From: an uncultured Syntrophomonas sp.
GTDB lineage: Bacteria; Bacillota; Syntrophomonadia; Syntrophomonadales; Syntrophomonadaceae
Reading direction: 5' to 3'
Length of the DNA stretch: 54,831 nucleotides
Assembly (NCBI GenBank): GCA_964618175.1
Contig: CAZTZX010000004.1
Coordinates: 1-54,831, forward strand
The stretch's first letter is position 1. Each line of letters opens with the position of its first letter. Shown piece after piece: positions 33,409 through 42,707 of this stretch. The position numbers were made by a program, and so were the translations under genes. The notes below the pieces were generated by a model. That model was given only the letters and a program-made list of their open reading frames with translations. It was not told where the DNA came from and made no database searches.

Positions 33409-34236
33409 ATGCGTGTAGGTGTTTTTTACCACCCGGACTTTGCGAAGCGCGGCTATATCACGCTTCTTCACCGAGTAAAACCAGCTTATGATGCGCTTCG
33501 TAAGCAGCCCTATGCAGATAAACTACAGTATTTTGAACCTTCAGTAAGTAAGCTGCACCAGAGTTTATTAAATCAGGTTCACACTGAAAGTCATATTAAG
33601 GCAGTTCAGGCGGAAGGATTCCACGAAGTGGCTTTATTAAGTGCTGCCGGCGTCGTAACTGCCAGCGAATTATTAGCAGCCCAGCAATTAGACAGTGCTT
33701 TTTGCTTTGTGGGCACAGCCGGTCATCATGCGGGTCGTAATTATAGTTGGGGTTTTTGTTACTATAACGATGTTGCCATGGCCGTTGTTCGACTTAGGCA
33801 GCTGGGAGTGCAGCAGATTTTGATACTGGATATGGATCCCCATTCAGGTGATGGAACCCGCGACATACTGGCATTAGATCCACAGATAATACATATCAAC
33901 TTTTTCGCGGATGAGGACAATTCCTATCAAGATGACCACCATCATAATTATGGCCTACTTCTCGATAATGCTACCGATGAAGTATTTATGGAAGCGTTGG
34001 AGATGGCTCTTCCGAAAGCCGCCAACGTGGATTTTATTATGGTAATATTCGGACATGACTCTCATGCCGAAGACTATGGCGACTTTTACCTTACTGTAAA
34101 CGGATATCGAGAATTTACTCGCCGCATGAAAAAATTCGCTGCGAGCAGACCTCTATTATTTGTGTTGTCAGGAGGATCAAATCCGCAGGTTGCTGCTTTG
34201 GCTATCCCAACAGTAATTGAGTCCTTGCTTTACTGA
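33409..34236 (+). CDS. Compact histone-deacetylase/acetoin-utilization (arginase-deacetylase fold) family protein
   Basis: The ATG at 33409 follows GAGAGGTG. Motifs: GTAGHHAGRNYSWGFCYYND, ILDMDPHSGDGT and FGHDSHAEDY. Confidence 0.8.
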   Translation: MRVGVFYHPDFAKRGYITLLHRVKPAYDALRKQPYADKLQYFEPSVSKLHQSLLNQVHTESHIKAVQAEGFHEVALLSAAGVVTASELLAAQQLDSAFCFVGTAGHHAGRNYSWGFCYYNDVAMAVVRLRQLGVQQILILDMDPHSGDGTRDILALDPQIIHINFFADEDNSYQDDHHHNYGLLLDNATDEVFMEALEMALPKAANVDFIMVIFGHDSHAEDYGDFYLTVNGYREFTRRMKKFAASRPLLFVLSGGSNPQVAALAIPTVIESLLY

Positions 34237-34248
34237 CAGCGAATATCA

Positions 34249-35175
34249 CTAGCTGTTCATCTTTTTTTGGGAGAGCTCTTCTTGAAGCTTGGTAATTTCT
34301 TTGACAGCAATCTCCCCTTTAATAGCAACCAATTCTTGGGTGTTATTATTGACAGCTCGGGTCAGGTCTTGAATGGCTATTTCCGCACAGCTAACTGTTG
34401 TTCTTTCAGCCTTGTCGGCTTGGTGTTTCAAGGTATCCCATTCATCTAGCATACTAACTGATTGGGTTTGGGCTAAGTCCCATTCCCCCTGCCGCCCCAT
34501 AGCAGTTACTAGCATGACCTGATATTTTGTATCGTAGAATGTAGGGGGCAGTTCATCCTCAAATAAACGAGCTATTTCAGCAAACTGGCCATACAAATTA
34601 ACAGCCGCCAGCAGACTTTTGATATCATTCTCTGTATTGATTTCTGCGGTCAGCTTATCCAAAGCCTCATCAAATTGGCTTTTGATACTGTTGTTCATAC
34701 CAGCTTGCATAGCTTGCGCCTGCAGCGTTGTCCAATTTTCATGGATCTCCATCAAGCTTTTCGTCTCCTTTTCCCAGGAAACCTGATTTTCATTGTTCGA
34801 TCCGGATTGCTTTGGCTGGCTTTGCTGATTGTCCTGCTGTCCGCTCTGTCCCTGGCCTTCGCTACTTTGTTTTTCGGATCCTTGTTTTCCCCCTGATTCC
34901 CCACTTTGTCCACCCTGACCGGTTTGTTCGCCCTCTTGGGGATGAATGGGGGTAGATTTCCGCAGCAGGGAAGGTTGCCGCATCTTCCATTTCTCATCGG
35001 TCTGCAGTATTATTTCTTCGGTTGCTGAGACTATTTTCTTAAATTCAGACGGCAGTTCTGCCCGCTGGTTTTTTTGTTGGTCGGGCTTTTGGGCAGACTC
35101 CGATTGACCCGAGCACCCTGAAAGTATTAAAAAGACGGTGATAATAAGTAATGTTGCCCATAATTTTTTGGTCAC
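34249..35175 (-). CDS. Lipoprotein with a Gln/Gly/Ser-rich linker and a helical C-terminal domain (function unknown)
   Basis: Lipobox LILSGC after a hydrophobic signal peptide. Low-complexity stretch: GEQTGQGGQSGESGGKQGSEKQSSEGQGQSGQQDNQQSQ. The GTG at 35175 is better spaced from GAGGTGA than the TTG at 35178. Confidence 0.6.
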   Translation of the reverse strand: MTKKLWATLLIITVFLILSGCSGQSESAQKPDQQKNQRAELPSEFKKIVSATEEIILQTDEKWKMRQPSLLRKSTPIHPQEGEQTGQGGQSGESGGKQGSEKQSSEGQGQSGQQDNQQSQPKQSGSNNENQVSWEKETKSLMEIHENWTTLQAQAMQAGMNNSIKSQFDEALDKLTAEINTENDIKSLLAAVNLYGQFAEIARLFEDELPPTFYDTKYQVMLVTAMGRQGEWDLAQTQSVSMLDEWDTLKHQADKAERTTVSCAEIAIQDLTRAVNNNTQELVAIKGEIAVKEITKLQEELSQKKMNS

Positions 35176-35247
35176 CAAGGTATCACCTCACCATATAGTC
35201 ACCAAGTAGGTTATCCTTTTTTGGCCAAATTCATGCAGAAACACTAA

Positions 35248-35267
35248 TAGCGGCCATTCGGCCGCTA
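35248..35267 (-). terminator. Hairpin downstream of mscS
   Basis: TAGCGGCC ATTC GGCCGCTA forms a perfect 8-bp stem. Confidence 0.4.
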
Positions 35268-35326
35268 CTGAAGATGCAAGAAGAGATGGTTCTTTGTTCA
35301 TCATTCGTTGCTTTATGTTGGTTATT

Positions 35327-36409
35327 CTAACCAGGTTCCTTATTTTCGTGATACAAGACTCGGCTAGGTACGGCTAGGCTAAGGCCCATATCTGTGACAA
35401 TCGCCATTATTTTTAAATTGACATCTTCTCGTACCTCTAAATATTCACTCCACACCGTGGTATTGGTAAAGCAATAGATCATAATATCCAATCTACTATC
35501 CCCGAATTTTTCGAAATTTACCATTATAGTTTGCGGATGGATTTCGGGATGATCGTTCAACATTTGTCTAATACGGTTGACACAGGTTTCCATTTCCTGG
35601 CCGGTGGTTGCAAATGATAGACCCAGATAATAAAAAATACGCCGTCTTCCCATACGGGTATGATTGGTTATTGGCTCATTGGCCAGAGTAGCATTGGGGA
35701 CGGTGATAACTGCCTGATCAAATCCCCTTACCAGAGTGCTACGAAAGGTAATGGTCTCCACGGTACCTTCCACACTGGGAGTTGCTATCCAGTCACCAAT
35801 GCTAAATGGCTTTTCCAGTATTATAACCAGACCACCGAATAGATTAGCCAAGGCATTCTGGGCCGCCAGGGCTAAAGCCAATCCGCCCAAACCTAATCCA
35901 GCGATAAAGCCATTTACATCGTAACCCCATTCAGTGGCCACGATGACAATGACCAGGGCAATAATAATAAAGTGTATCACTTTGGATAGAATAGGAATTA
36001 ATATTTCATCTACATCAAGTCGTTCTTGAACTTCTCGAGAGATGATTGACTCAGGACTACAAAATTTATATATCGCCCATCCTATTATCAAAATAATCGC
36101 CGAACGAAACAGTTTTAATATAGCCGCATCTGCCGTAATAGTTAACGGCAAAATACGCAGAGCCAAAAAAATCCCCACTACCAGTATGAAAAGACGCAGG
36201 GGGGCTTCTAAGGCATCAATAATTCTGGGATAGACTTTGTCACTATCAGAAGTCCAGCGTCTTATTAATTTGAAAATATACTGTACCACGTATTTGCGCA
36301 CCAATGTAAACAGCACAACAATTAAGAGTGCTGCCGATATCGAGTACAAATGTTCGTATGAGAGCCAGTTTGTCACCCACACGTGGATCATATTCATAAT
36401 TCGCTCCAT
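35327..36409 (-). CDS. mscS: Small-conductance mechanosensitive channel (MscS family)
   Basis: Transmembrane helices followed by NLFGGLVIILEKPFSIGDWI and a beta-domain. The true start may be the ATG at 36397, which is preceded by GGAGC. Confidence 0.85.
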   Translation of the reverse strand: MERIMNMIHVWVTNWLSYEHLYSISAALLIVVLFTLVRKYVVQYIFKLIRRWTSDSDKVYPRIIDALEAPLRLFILVVGIFLALRILPLTITADAAILKLFRSAIILIIGWAIYKFCSPESIISREVQERLDVDEILIPILSKVIHFIIIALVIVIVATEWGYDVNGFIAGLGLGGLALALAAQNALANLFGGLVIILEKPFSIGDWIATPSVEGTVETITFRSTLVRGFDQAVITVPNATLANEPITNHTRMGRRRIFYYLGLSFATTGQEMETCVNRIRQMLNDHPEIHPQTIMVNFEKFGDSRLDIMIYCFTNTTVWSEYLEVREDVNLKIMAIVTDMGLSLAVPSRVLYHENKEPG

Positions 36410-36505
36410 AAGTCAACTGGATCAACGGTGACCCTTTCCGCCCTCCTTAATAATTCTATGACGATCAGCGCGGGTCGGTATGAAATCGCCCTCAAATAGT
36501 CAATA

Positions 36506-36529
36506 CTCCTGAAAAGACATGTTCAGGAG
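36506..36529 (+). promoter_or_regulatory. Hairpin that sequesters the SD of the downstream small membrane-protein gene
   Basis: CTCCTGAA (36506-36513) pairs with TTCAGGAG (36522-36529). The right arm is part of CAGGAGG, which lies 5 nt before the ATG at 36535. Confidence 0.35.
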
Positions 36530-36534
36530 GTTAT

Positions 36535-36810
36535 ATGGACAGGTTGGCTCGTTTCTTAATGGGAGGAATACTAATCACAACACTGCTCTTGCAGTTGTCT
36601 ATTTATGGTTTATGGCAAACCGACAATCCGCTTTATCTGTTGTCCCTGACTTGCTGTCTATGTACTTTAGGGTTTATGGCTTATCACTTAGTCCTACTCT
36701 GCATGCCCCCCCAAGACTCCCCAACTAATATATGCTTAGTAGTTGTGCAGATAACTGAACCCGAAACTTTTCCGGACCCTCTTTATGCAAAAGTAAGGGA
36801 ACGTATGTAA
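36535..36810 (+). CDS. Hypothetical small membrane protein (91 aa, Cys/Leu-rich)
   Basis: Strong SD (AGGAGG), two hydrophobic helices, and a strong terminator directly after the stop. Confidence 0.5.
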   Translation: MDRLARFLMGGILITTLLLQLSIYGLWQTDNPLYLLSLTCCLCTLGFMAYHLVLLCMPPQDSPTNICLVVVQITEPETFPDPLYAKVRERM

Positions 36811-36813
36811 ATA

Positions 36814-36840
36814 AGGGCCGCATGGGCGGCCCTATTTGTT
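36814..36840. terminator. Bidirectional terminator between convergent genes
   Basis: AGGGCCGC ATGG GCGGCCCT is followed by ATTTGTT on the plus strand and by TATTTAC on the minus strand. Confidence 0.7.
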
Positions 36841-36843
36841 AGT

Positions 36844-38889
36844 CTATTTCTCTTTTTCTTCTCGTTCTTTCTTGGCCTGTTCCACGATTTTTTCAGTGTT
36901 CTGAGCCGGGACTTCTTCATAATGGGAGAATTCCATCTTGAATTTCCCCCGACCTTGAGTAATCGACTTCAGGTCAATGGTGTATCGGGCCATCTCCCCC
37001 AGAGGAACCTGGGCTTTAATGATCTGCTTCTTACCCGATGGTTCCATGCCCTGAACCCGGCCCCGTTTGGTATTAAGATCACCAATAATGTCCCCCATAA
37101 AGGAATCAGGAACCAGAATTTCTACATTCATAATAGGCTCCAGTAGAGCTGGTTTGCCAGTCTCTACACCTTTCCTGAAAGCAAGGCGAGCAGCCATCTT
37201 GAAAGCCATCTCCGAGGAGTCCACTGAATGGTAAGAACCATCATACAAAGTCGCCTTTACATTAGTGACCTTGTAACCGGCCAAAACACCATCCTCCATA
37301 GCTTCGATCAAGCCTTTTTCTACTGCTGGGAAGTAGTTGCGCGGTACTGATCCGCCAAACACCTTTTCCTCGAAGGCAAAGTCTCCTTCTGTATAGGGCT
37401 CAAATTTTATCCATACGTGACCATATTGGCCATGCCCACCGGTTTGTTTCTTATGTTTGCCTTCCACTTCCACTGTCCCGCGAATGGTCTCCCGGTAGGG
37501 TATGCGCATGTCGCGGGTGACTACATCTACTCCGTATTTACGGGTCAACTTTTCAATGACGTTGTCAATATGGGTATCTCCCATGGCCGTTAAAATAGTC
37601 TGCTTGGTTTCCGGGTTCTTTACCACGGTTATAGTCGGGTCTTCCTCTACTATCCGCTGTATGGCCCCGCTGAGTTTATCCTCGTCACCTTTGCTCTTGG
37701 GTTCTATAGCTACACTGAGAGTAGGTATGGGGAATTCAATAGCATCCAAAACTACTGGATCAGCTTTCGTACTAAAGGTATCACCGGTTCCGGTTACCGA
37801 CAATTTAGCAACGGCACCGATATCCCCGGCATACAGCTCCGGTACGTTGGCTTGGTCCTTACCGGTCATAATCAATATTTGAGCAATTTTTTCATCTTTT
37901 TCTTTAGTGGAGTTATAGACCACCGAGTCAGCTTTAAGACGACCCGTAAACAATCTAAACATATTAAGGCGTCCAATATAAGGGTCAGCTATAGTCTTAT
38001 AGACCTGCGCACACAACGGCTCGCTCTCCATGTTCTTATCAGCGACAAATGGATGCACTTCAGGTGTGGTTCCGCAATCAACAATAAAGTCCATTAATGA
38101 GGTGATGGCAATGTTGGCTGTGGAAGAACCGCAGAAAACAAACACAGCTGTTCCTTTAGAGCAGGCTGCTTTTATACCTTGCAGTACTTCACTATCAGTT
38201 AACTCTTCCCCTTCCAGATACTTGCCCAGCAAATCGTCATCGGCTTCTGCTGCGGCTTCCACCAGGGATTCCTTATATTTTTCCGCCTCATCCATCATGT
38301 CAGCAGGGATCTCCTGTTCCTTACCCTGACCAGAACCATCGAAAATGTAAGCTTTCATTTTAATAAGATCAACCACGCCCTTAAAACTATCTTCCGCACC
38401 GATCGGAAGTTGGACTGGCACGATATTATCGGAAAAGGCTCCTTTTATTTGGTCTAAAACCTTATAGAAATTAGCATTTTCGCGATCCATTCTGTTGATA
38501 AAAGCTATTTTGGGAGTATCAGGAAAGTCTTCCCAGACTATTTCGGTCTGAACTTCGACTCCTGCGGTAGCTGACATTACCACTATCATGCTGTCAACCA
38601 CTCGCAACGCACCCATTACTTCAAAATAAAAGTCTGCATAACCAGGAGTGTCGATCACATTTATTTTATGATCCTTATATTCACACGGAACTAGCGAACT
38701 GCTAATTGTAATCTTACGTTTAATCTCCTCGGGAAGATTATCGCTGACAGTATTACCATCATCTACTTTTCCCATCCGCTTGATAGCCCCAGTGTTAAAA
38801 AGCATGGCTTCTGCCAGCGAGGTTTTCCCTGTACCTCCATGGCCCACTAGAGCAACGTTCCGAATATTACCGCTTGGGTAAACCTTCAT
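36844..38889 (-). CDS. Elongation factor G family GTPase (paralog located outside a str-type operon)
   Basis: VALVGHGGTGKTSLAEAM, DTPGYADF and NRMDRE, with the five-domain EF-G length (681 aa). Confidence 0.85.
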   Translation of the reverse strand: MKVYPSGNIRNVALVGHGGTGKTSLAEAMLFNTGAIKRMGKVDDGNTVSDNLPEEIKRKITISSSLVPCEYKDHKINVIDTPGYADFYFEVMGALRVVDSMIVVMSATAGVEVQTEIVWEDFPDTPKIAFINRMDRENANFYKVLDQIKGAFSDNIVPVQLPIGAEDSFKGVVDLIKMKAYIFDGSGQGKEQEIPADMMDEAEKYKESLVEAAAEADDDLLGKYLEGEELTDSEVLQGIKAACSKGTAVFVFCGSSTANIAITSLMDFIVDCGTTPEVHPFVADKNMESEPLCAQVYKTIADPYIGRLNMFRLFTGRLKADSVVYNSTKEKDEKIAQILIMTGKDQANVPELYAGDIGAVAKLSVTGTGDTFSTKADPVVLDAIEFPIPTLSVAIEPKSKGDEDKLSGAIQRIVEEDPTITVVKNPETKQTILTAMGDTHIDNVIEKLTRKYGVDVVTRDMRIPYRETIRGTVEVEGKHKKQTGGHGQYGHVWIKFEPYTEGDFAFEEKVFGGSVPRNYFPAVEKGLIEAMEDGVLAGYKVTNVKATLYDGSYHSVDSSEMAFKMAARLAFRKGVETGKPALLEPIMNVEILVPDSFMGDIIGDLNTKRGRVQGMEPSGKKQIIKAQVPLGEMARYTIDLKSITQGRGKFKMEFSHYEEVPAQNTEKIVEQAKKEREEKEK

Positions 38890-38966
38890 CTAATAACCTC
38901 CTCGTTCAAACGTAACTGTACAAATGGTACTATAATTTATTGTCAGGCGCAAAATTATTTTCCCGG

Positions 38967-39227
38967 CTACCTGGATGCTGCTAAAACATAGAATATCCAG
39001 TATAAAAGCAGGGCTGCAGCTGCAAACAATGCCAGTTGATATATCATAACTCCCTTAAAACCGTCTACAATCAGGGTAAAGACGATACCTAAAGCCAGCG
39101 GAAAAATCACTAATTTGCTGAATGGCTTGTCAGGATAATCTGGATTTTCACGCTTCTTCCTCATATAACCGATATTTAGAACTAGGAAAATGATTAGGGT
39201 GTTAATGATCAGACTCACTATTATCAT
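38967..39227 (-). CDS. Hypothetical small membrane protein (86 aa)
   Basis: Three hydrophobic segments. SD GGAGAAG precedes the ATG. The gene overlaps the surE 3' end by 26 nt. Confidence 0.45.
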   Translation of the reverse strand: MIIVSLIINTLIIFLVLNIGYMRKKRENPDYPDKPFSKLVIFPLALGIVFTLIVDGFKGVMIYQLALFAAAALLLYWIFYVLAASR

Positions 39228-40008
39228 TATTACTTCTCCATCCGGATAGATATTGGCTGAATGAATTCCGATAGGTCTCCATAAGTCGATAATCAGTCAA
39301 ATCCAGATGGATGGGAGTAATACTGATGTAACCTTCCTGAACAGCGGCTACATCACTCTCTGGTTCCTGATCCTCTTCTACAACTCCTCCACCCATCCAA
39401 TAATAAGTGTTGCCACGGGGGTCGCGTCGTTCCTCAAATAAATTATCGTAATTGCGCACTCCCAGTCGGGTAATGCGCACTCCTTTAATTCTATCTTCCG
39501 TTAAAGCCGGAACATTAATGTTGACCAAAGTAGTCGGTTCAATGCCTTCTTTCATCACCAGTTGGATCATTTGTCTCGTAAAACGAGCTGCTGTAGCAAA
39601 GTCCAGCCCTCCCCCTTCAGCATTGAGTGAGACAGCTATAGAAGGACATTTCATAACAACGGCTTCTGCTGCTGCTGACACAGTTCCTGAGTATAACACA
39701 TCAGTACCCAGGTTAGGTCCATGGTTTATTCCCGAAACTACTAGGTCTATCTCTTCTTCAACAAGACGGGCTAAAGCCAATTTTACACAATCAACCGGAG
39801 TACCTCCTACGATCCAAGCCTTTTTCACCCCGGGCAAACTAGTGGGTACTGCTTTAATCGGCTCAAATACCGTAATAGAATGACCGGTTCCGCTTCTCTC
39901 CCGATCGGGTGCGATCAGATACAATTCTGCTATACGACTTAGTTCTCGTATTAAGCTGTGTAAGCCTTGAGCTTGAATACCATCATCATTGGTCAGTAAA
40001 ATTCTCAT
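39202..40008 (-). CDS. surE: 5'/3'-nucleotidase SurE
   Basis: MRILLTNDDGI, SGINHGPNLG and YSGTVSAAAEA. Confidence 0.9.
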   Translation of the reverse strand: MRILLTNDDGIQAQGLHSLIRELSRIAELYLIAPDRERSGTGHSITVFEPIKAVPTSLPGVKKAWIVGGTPVDCVKLALARLVEEEIDLVVSGINHGPNLGTDVLYSGTVSAAAEAVVMKCPSIAVSLNAEGGGLDFATAARFTRQMIQLVMKEGIEPTTLVNINVPALTEDRIKGVRITRLGVRNYDNLFEERRDPRGNTYYWMGGGVVEEDQEPESDVAAVQEGYISITPIHLDLTDYRLMETYRNSFSQYLSGWRSNNDNSESDH

Positions 40009-40568
40009 TCTTGGAAAGTAACACCCCGCTCCAGCAATCCTATATGATTAATTGGCCAATAGGTCAAAAATGCTTTACCTTTTATCCGATCTTCGGTCAA
40101 CCAAGCATTCCAATAATGACTGTCAAAACTGTGGTTGCGATTATCTCCTAAAACCAAGAGACTATTAGCAGGCACTTCCACCGGCCCAAATTCATAGTTT
40201 ATTGGCTCTAACAGGTATGGTTCATTAAGAGCCTTCCCGTCTATGTAAACCTTACTATCTTTGATTTCAACCTGTTCTCCCGGCAAAGCAATTATTCTTT
40301 TAATATAATCCTCATCCGTGTTCAGTACATCTGGAGGATCCAGAACTACAATATCGCCCCGTTGCGGTTCGGTAAAGTAGTATAAAAACTTATTGACCAT
40401 GACCCGATCCTGCAGCTGTATGGTCGGCAGCATGGAACCGCTGGGAATGATCCTGCCTTCAATAACGAAGGTTCGCAAAATCATGGCTAGAATAAATGCG
40501 ATAACTATTATGCTAAGAGTTTCTTTAATAAAGTTTCCAATTTCCTTGTTCATAGCCCACCCCGTCAA
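40005..40568 (-). CDS. lepB: Signal peptidase I
   Basis: N-terminal transmembrane helix, catalytic Ser box SGSMLPT, Lys box IKRIIALPGE, and GDNRNHSFDS. Confidence 0.9.
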   Translation of the reverse strand: MTGWAMNKEIGNFIKETLSIIVIAFILAMILRTFVIEGRIIPSGSMLPTIQLQDRVMVNKFLYYFTEPQRGDIVVLDPPDVLNTDEDYIKRIIALPGEQVEIKDSKVYIDGKALNEPYLLEPINYEFGPVEVPANSLLVLGDNRNHSFDSHYWNAWLTEDRIKGKAFLTYWPINHIGLLERGVTFQE

Positions 40569-40747
40569 AATTCGTAAATATTAATAGTCATTTCTTCTTT
40601 GTCTTTGTCACGGTCTTTAGTCAAACCAAACATTATTTGCTTGTCTTTGAGAGCTTTATTTAAGAAGTCAACAATGTAGACCAGTTCGGGATCAGCCTTA
40701 AAGGTTTTATGAGCAATTATCACTAGCTTTCCCTGTTGATCATCCAT
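40565..40747 (-). CDS. Small conserved protein, YpmA/DUF4264-like
   Basis: The ATG at 40747 follows GGAAGGAG. The resulting 60-aa product contains LVYIVDFLNKALKDKQIMFGL...INIYEF, which resembles my recollection of B. subtilis YpmA. The stop overlaps the lepB start. Confidence 0.4.
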   Translation of the reverse strand: MDDQQGKLVIIAHKTFKADPELVYIVDFLNKALKDKQIMFGLTKDRDKDKEEMTINIYEF

Positions 40748-40817
40748 AAGTGGTTCTCCTTCCCAATTAATTGTAGTGGAAGCGGTATTCATTTACAAGC
40801 AATCGAATTTTACAGCC

Positions 40818-41549
40818 CTAGGGTATTCCCAAGCAGGGATGGATCTGAGGAACAATCCGAACGTGGATAAGAGTATGCAAAGCCTGGGTTTGATAATCCA
40901 ATATAGTATCAATGTCGGCTGCATCGCCGTTCGAACAAGCCGTAACCGGTTGCAGGAATAAAGGTATATCTTGACTAACTGAACTAATGATCTGAACGGC
41001 CTGCTCAACTTCTTCCCGGCGAGTTTCCGGTGTTATTACTAGCTTTACATAGCAAGGTTTAGAGCTAGCCCGGATCAGAAAACGCCTGTGATGATCCCAA
41101 AGATCTTTTCCAGTAGCCGAGGGAAGCTTAAAATCAATACTTACCATATCCAAATAAGGTAGGCATCTATCCAATTCTTCCAGTAAAGTAGCATTGGTTT
41201 CCAGGAAATTTTTACGATGCATTAATTGGGTCTGCTGAACTACCTCCCTAAGATAGTCGCCGGCTAACAGTGGTTCACCCCCAGTAAAGCTGATCCAAGA
41301 TGCAGTGAATTCCGCTAAGATTTGCAGCAGCTGTTGACTGGAGAGGGGGTTTTCTATCTGCCTGACTTTTTCCTTTGTACATGGTTGAAAATAGATCAGG
41401 CACGATGAACTAGGCTGTCGGCTGTCCAAGGTATCACAATAGCTGCAGTGAAGGTTGCAACCACTAAAACGTACAAATACTTGACGGGTTCCTACCAATA
41501 ATCCTTCGCCTTGTACGCTCTCAAAAACTTCCGCCAGATTAGCTTTCAA
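40818..41549 (-). CDS. queE: 7-carboxy-7-deazaguanine synthase (radical SAM)
   Basis: ESVQGEGLLVGTRQVFVRFSGCNLHCSYCDT. The TTG start lies 6 nt after AGGGAG. Confidence 0.9.
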   Translation of the reverse strand: MKANLAEVFESVQGEGLLVGTRQVFVRFSGCNLHCSYCDTLDSRQPSSSCLIYFQPCTKEKVRQIENPLSSQQLLQILAEFTASWISFTGGEPLLAGDYLREVVQQTQLMHRKNFLETNATLLEELDRCLPYLDMVSIDFKLPSATGKDLWDHHRRFLIRASSKPCYVKLVITPETRREEVEQAVQIISSVSQDIPLFLQPVTACSNGDAADIDTILDYQTQALHTLIHVRIVPQIHPCLGIP

Positions 41550-42105
41550 TGACTACTCCCTTGACTTTGCAGCGGGCCAGATAAATCTGCTCCAATTCAT
41601 TCTGATAGCGCCGCATAACCTTTTGGGCAAAGGCATTTATGTCTTTGATGCCTATTTCCTCTAGCCCGGCAGTCTTTATTGGGGTTCCTTCCGTGCGGAT
41701 ATTTAGTCCCACATGAATTAGGGTTGATGTTATAGAACAGGTCGCTATGGAAACCGACAATTTACCACGGTTGACAAATAGATCATCACCTACTCTAGTT
41801 ACCGGTACTTCAAACAATTCTAATTCTTCTTTGATGCCAGTAATAAAAGCGCGTTGCCGATAGACAGCCAATTCTAAATCGGTAGAAAAGTGCTCAATAA
41901 TGAAGCTAAGCATTAGGGGCGAATAAATATGATTTTTCTCTTTAACATCATATAAATCCACCATATGCTCCAGCGGAACATTACTCGGCCCCATGAAGGC
42001 TACGACAGCATCACCAGTTAAGTCGAAGTTTCGATAGATCCAATGCGGAGCCAGTTCCTTGCCAGTGTATTCAATTTGTTTCTCAGTCACTAAAATTTTC
42101 AACAC
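41539..42105 (-). CDS. DUF366-like protein embedded in the preQ0 operon
   Basis: A GTG or TTG start (42105 or 42102) after GGTGGGAG overlaps the queC stop. About 189 aa. The family is recalled from que-cluster context, so the name is tentative. Confidence 0.5.
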   Translation of the reverse strand: MLKILVTEKQIEYTGKELAPHWIYRNFDLTGDAVVAFMGPSNVPLEHMVDLYDVKEKNHIYSPLMLSFIIEHFSTDLELAVYRQRAFITGIKEELELFEVPVTRVGDDLFVNRGKLSVSIATCSITSTLIHVGLNIRTEGTPIKTAGLEEIGIKDINAFAQKVMRRYQNELEQIYLARCKVKGVVIES

Positions 42106-42707
42106 TTTACTCCCACCTTTCGAAAAGCATTTTGATTGGTAACACAGGATGGACACTCTCCACATGGCTTGTCTCCATCCTGATAGCAACTCCAAAGTGA
42201 ATTCAAGTCCAGGCCAAAACTGAGAGCCTGATAGGCAATATCTTCTTTTGTCATATTCTGAACAAATGATTTGGCATAAACATGATTACGGGTCGAGTAA
42301 TACAAGGCTTGATTCAGTGCCTCCATAAATATAGCGGAATTATCCGGAAATCTAAGTGCTTCTTCACGGTTGAAACCGCAAATTATCATCTGCGCTCCCA
42401 TATTCTCAGCTAAACAGGCCGCCAGGTTAACTAATAAACCATTACGATTGGGAACCCAGGGATCAGTTATGGGCGACTGGTTCGGTGATAACAAATCGGA
42501 GTTAAGATCATGCACAAAAGGTAGACTAATGACCTGATGGGGTATGACCATGTTGCGAGCAATACGTTGTGAAGCATCGATCTCTTGCTGAGCCGCTTTT
42601 TGTCCATAGTCCACCGTTAGAGCTAATACTATTTCCACCTCTTTTTGACCTATTAACATGGAGACCACAGAATCCAAGCCTCCTGAGAGAAGCGCCACCG
42701 CCTGCAT
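42099..42707 (-). CDS. queC: 7-cyano-7-deazaguanine (preQ0) synthase
   Basis: PP-loop LLSGGLDSVV and a C-terminal zinc cluster (CGECPSCV). Confidence 0.9.
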   Translation of the reverse strand: MQAVALLSGGLDSVVSMLIGQKEVEIVLALTVDYGQKAAQQEIDASQRIARNMVIPHQVISLPFVHDLNSDLLSPNQSPITDPWVPNRNGLLVNLAACLAENMGAQMIICGFNREEALRFPDNSAIFMEALNQALYYSTRNHVYAKSFVQNMTKEDIAYQALSFGLDLNSLWSCYQDGDKPCGECPSCVTNQNAFRKVGVKC

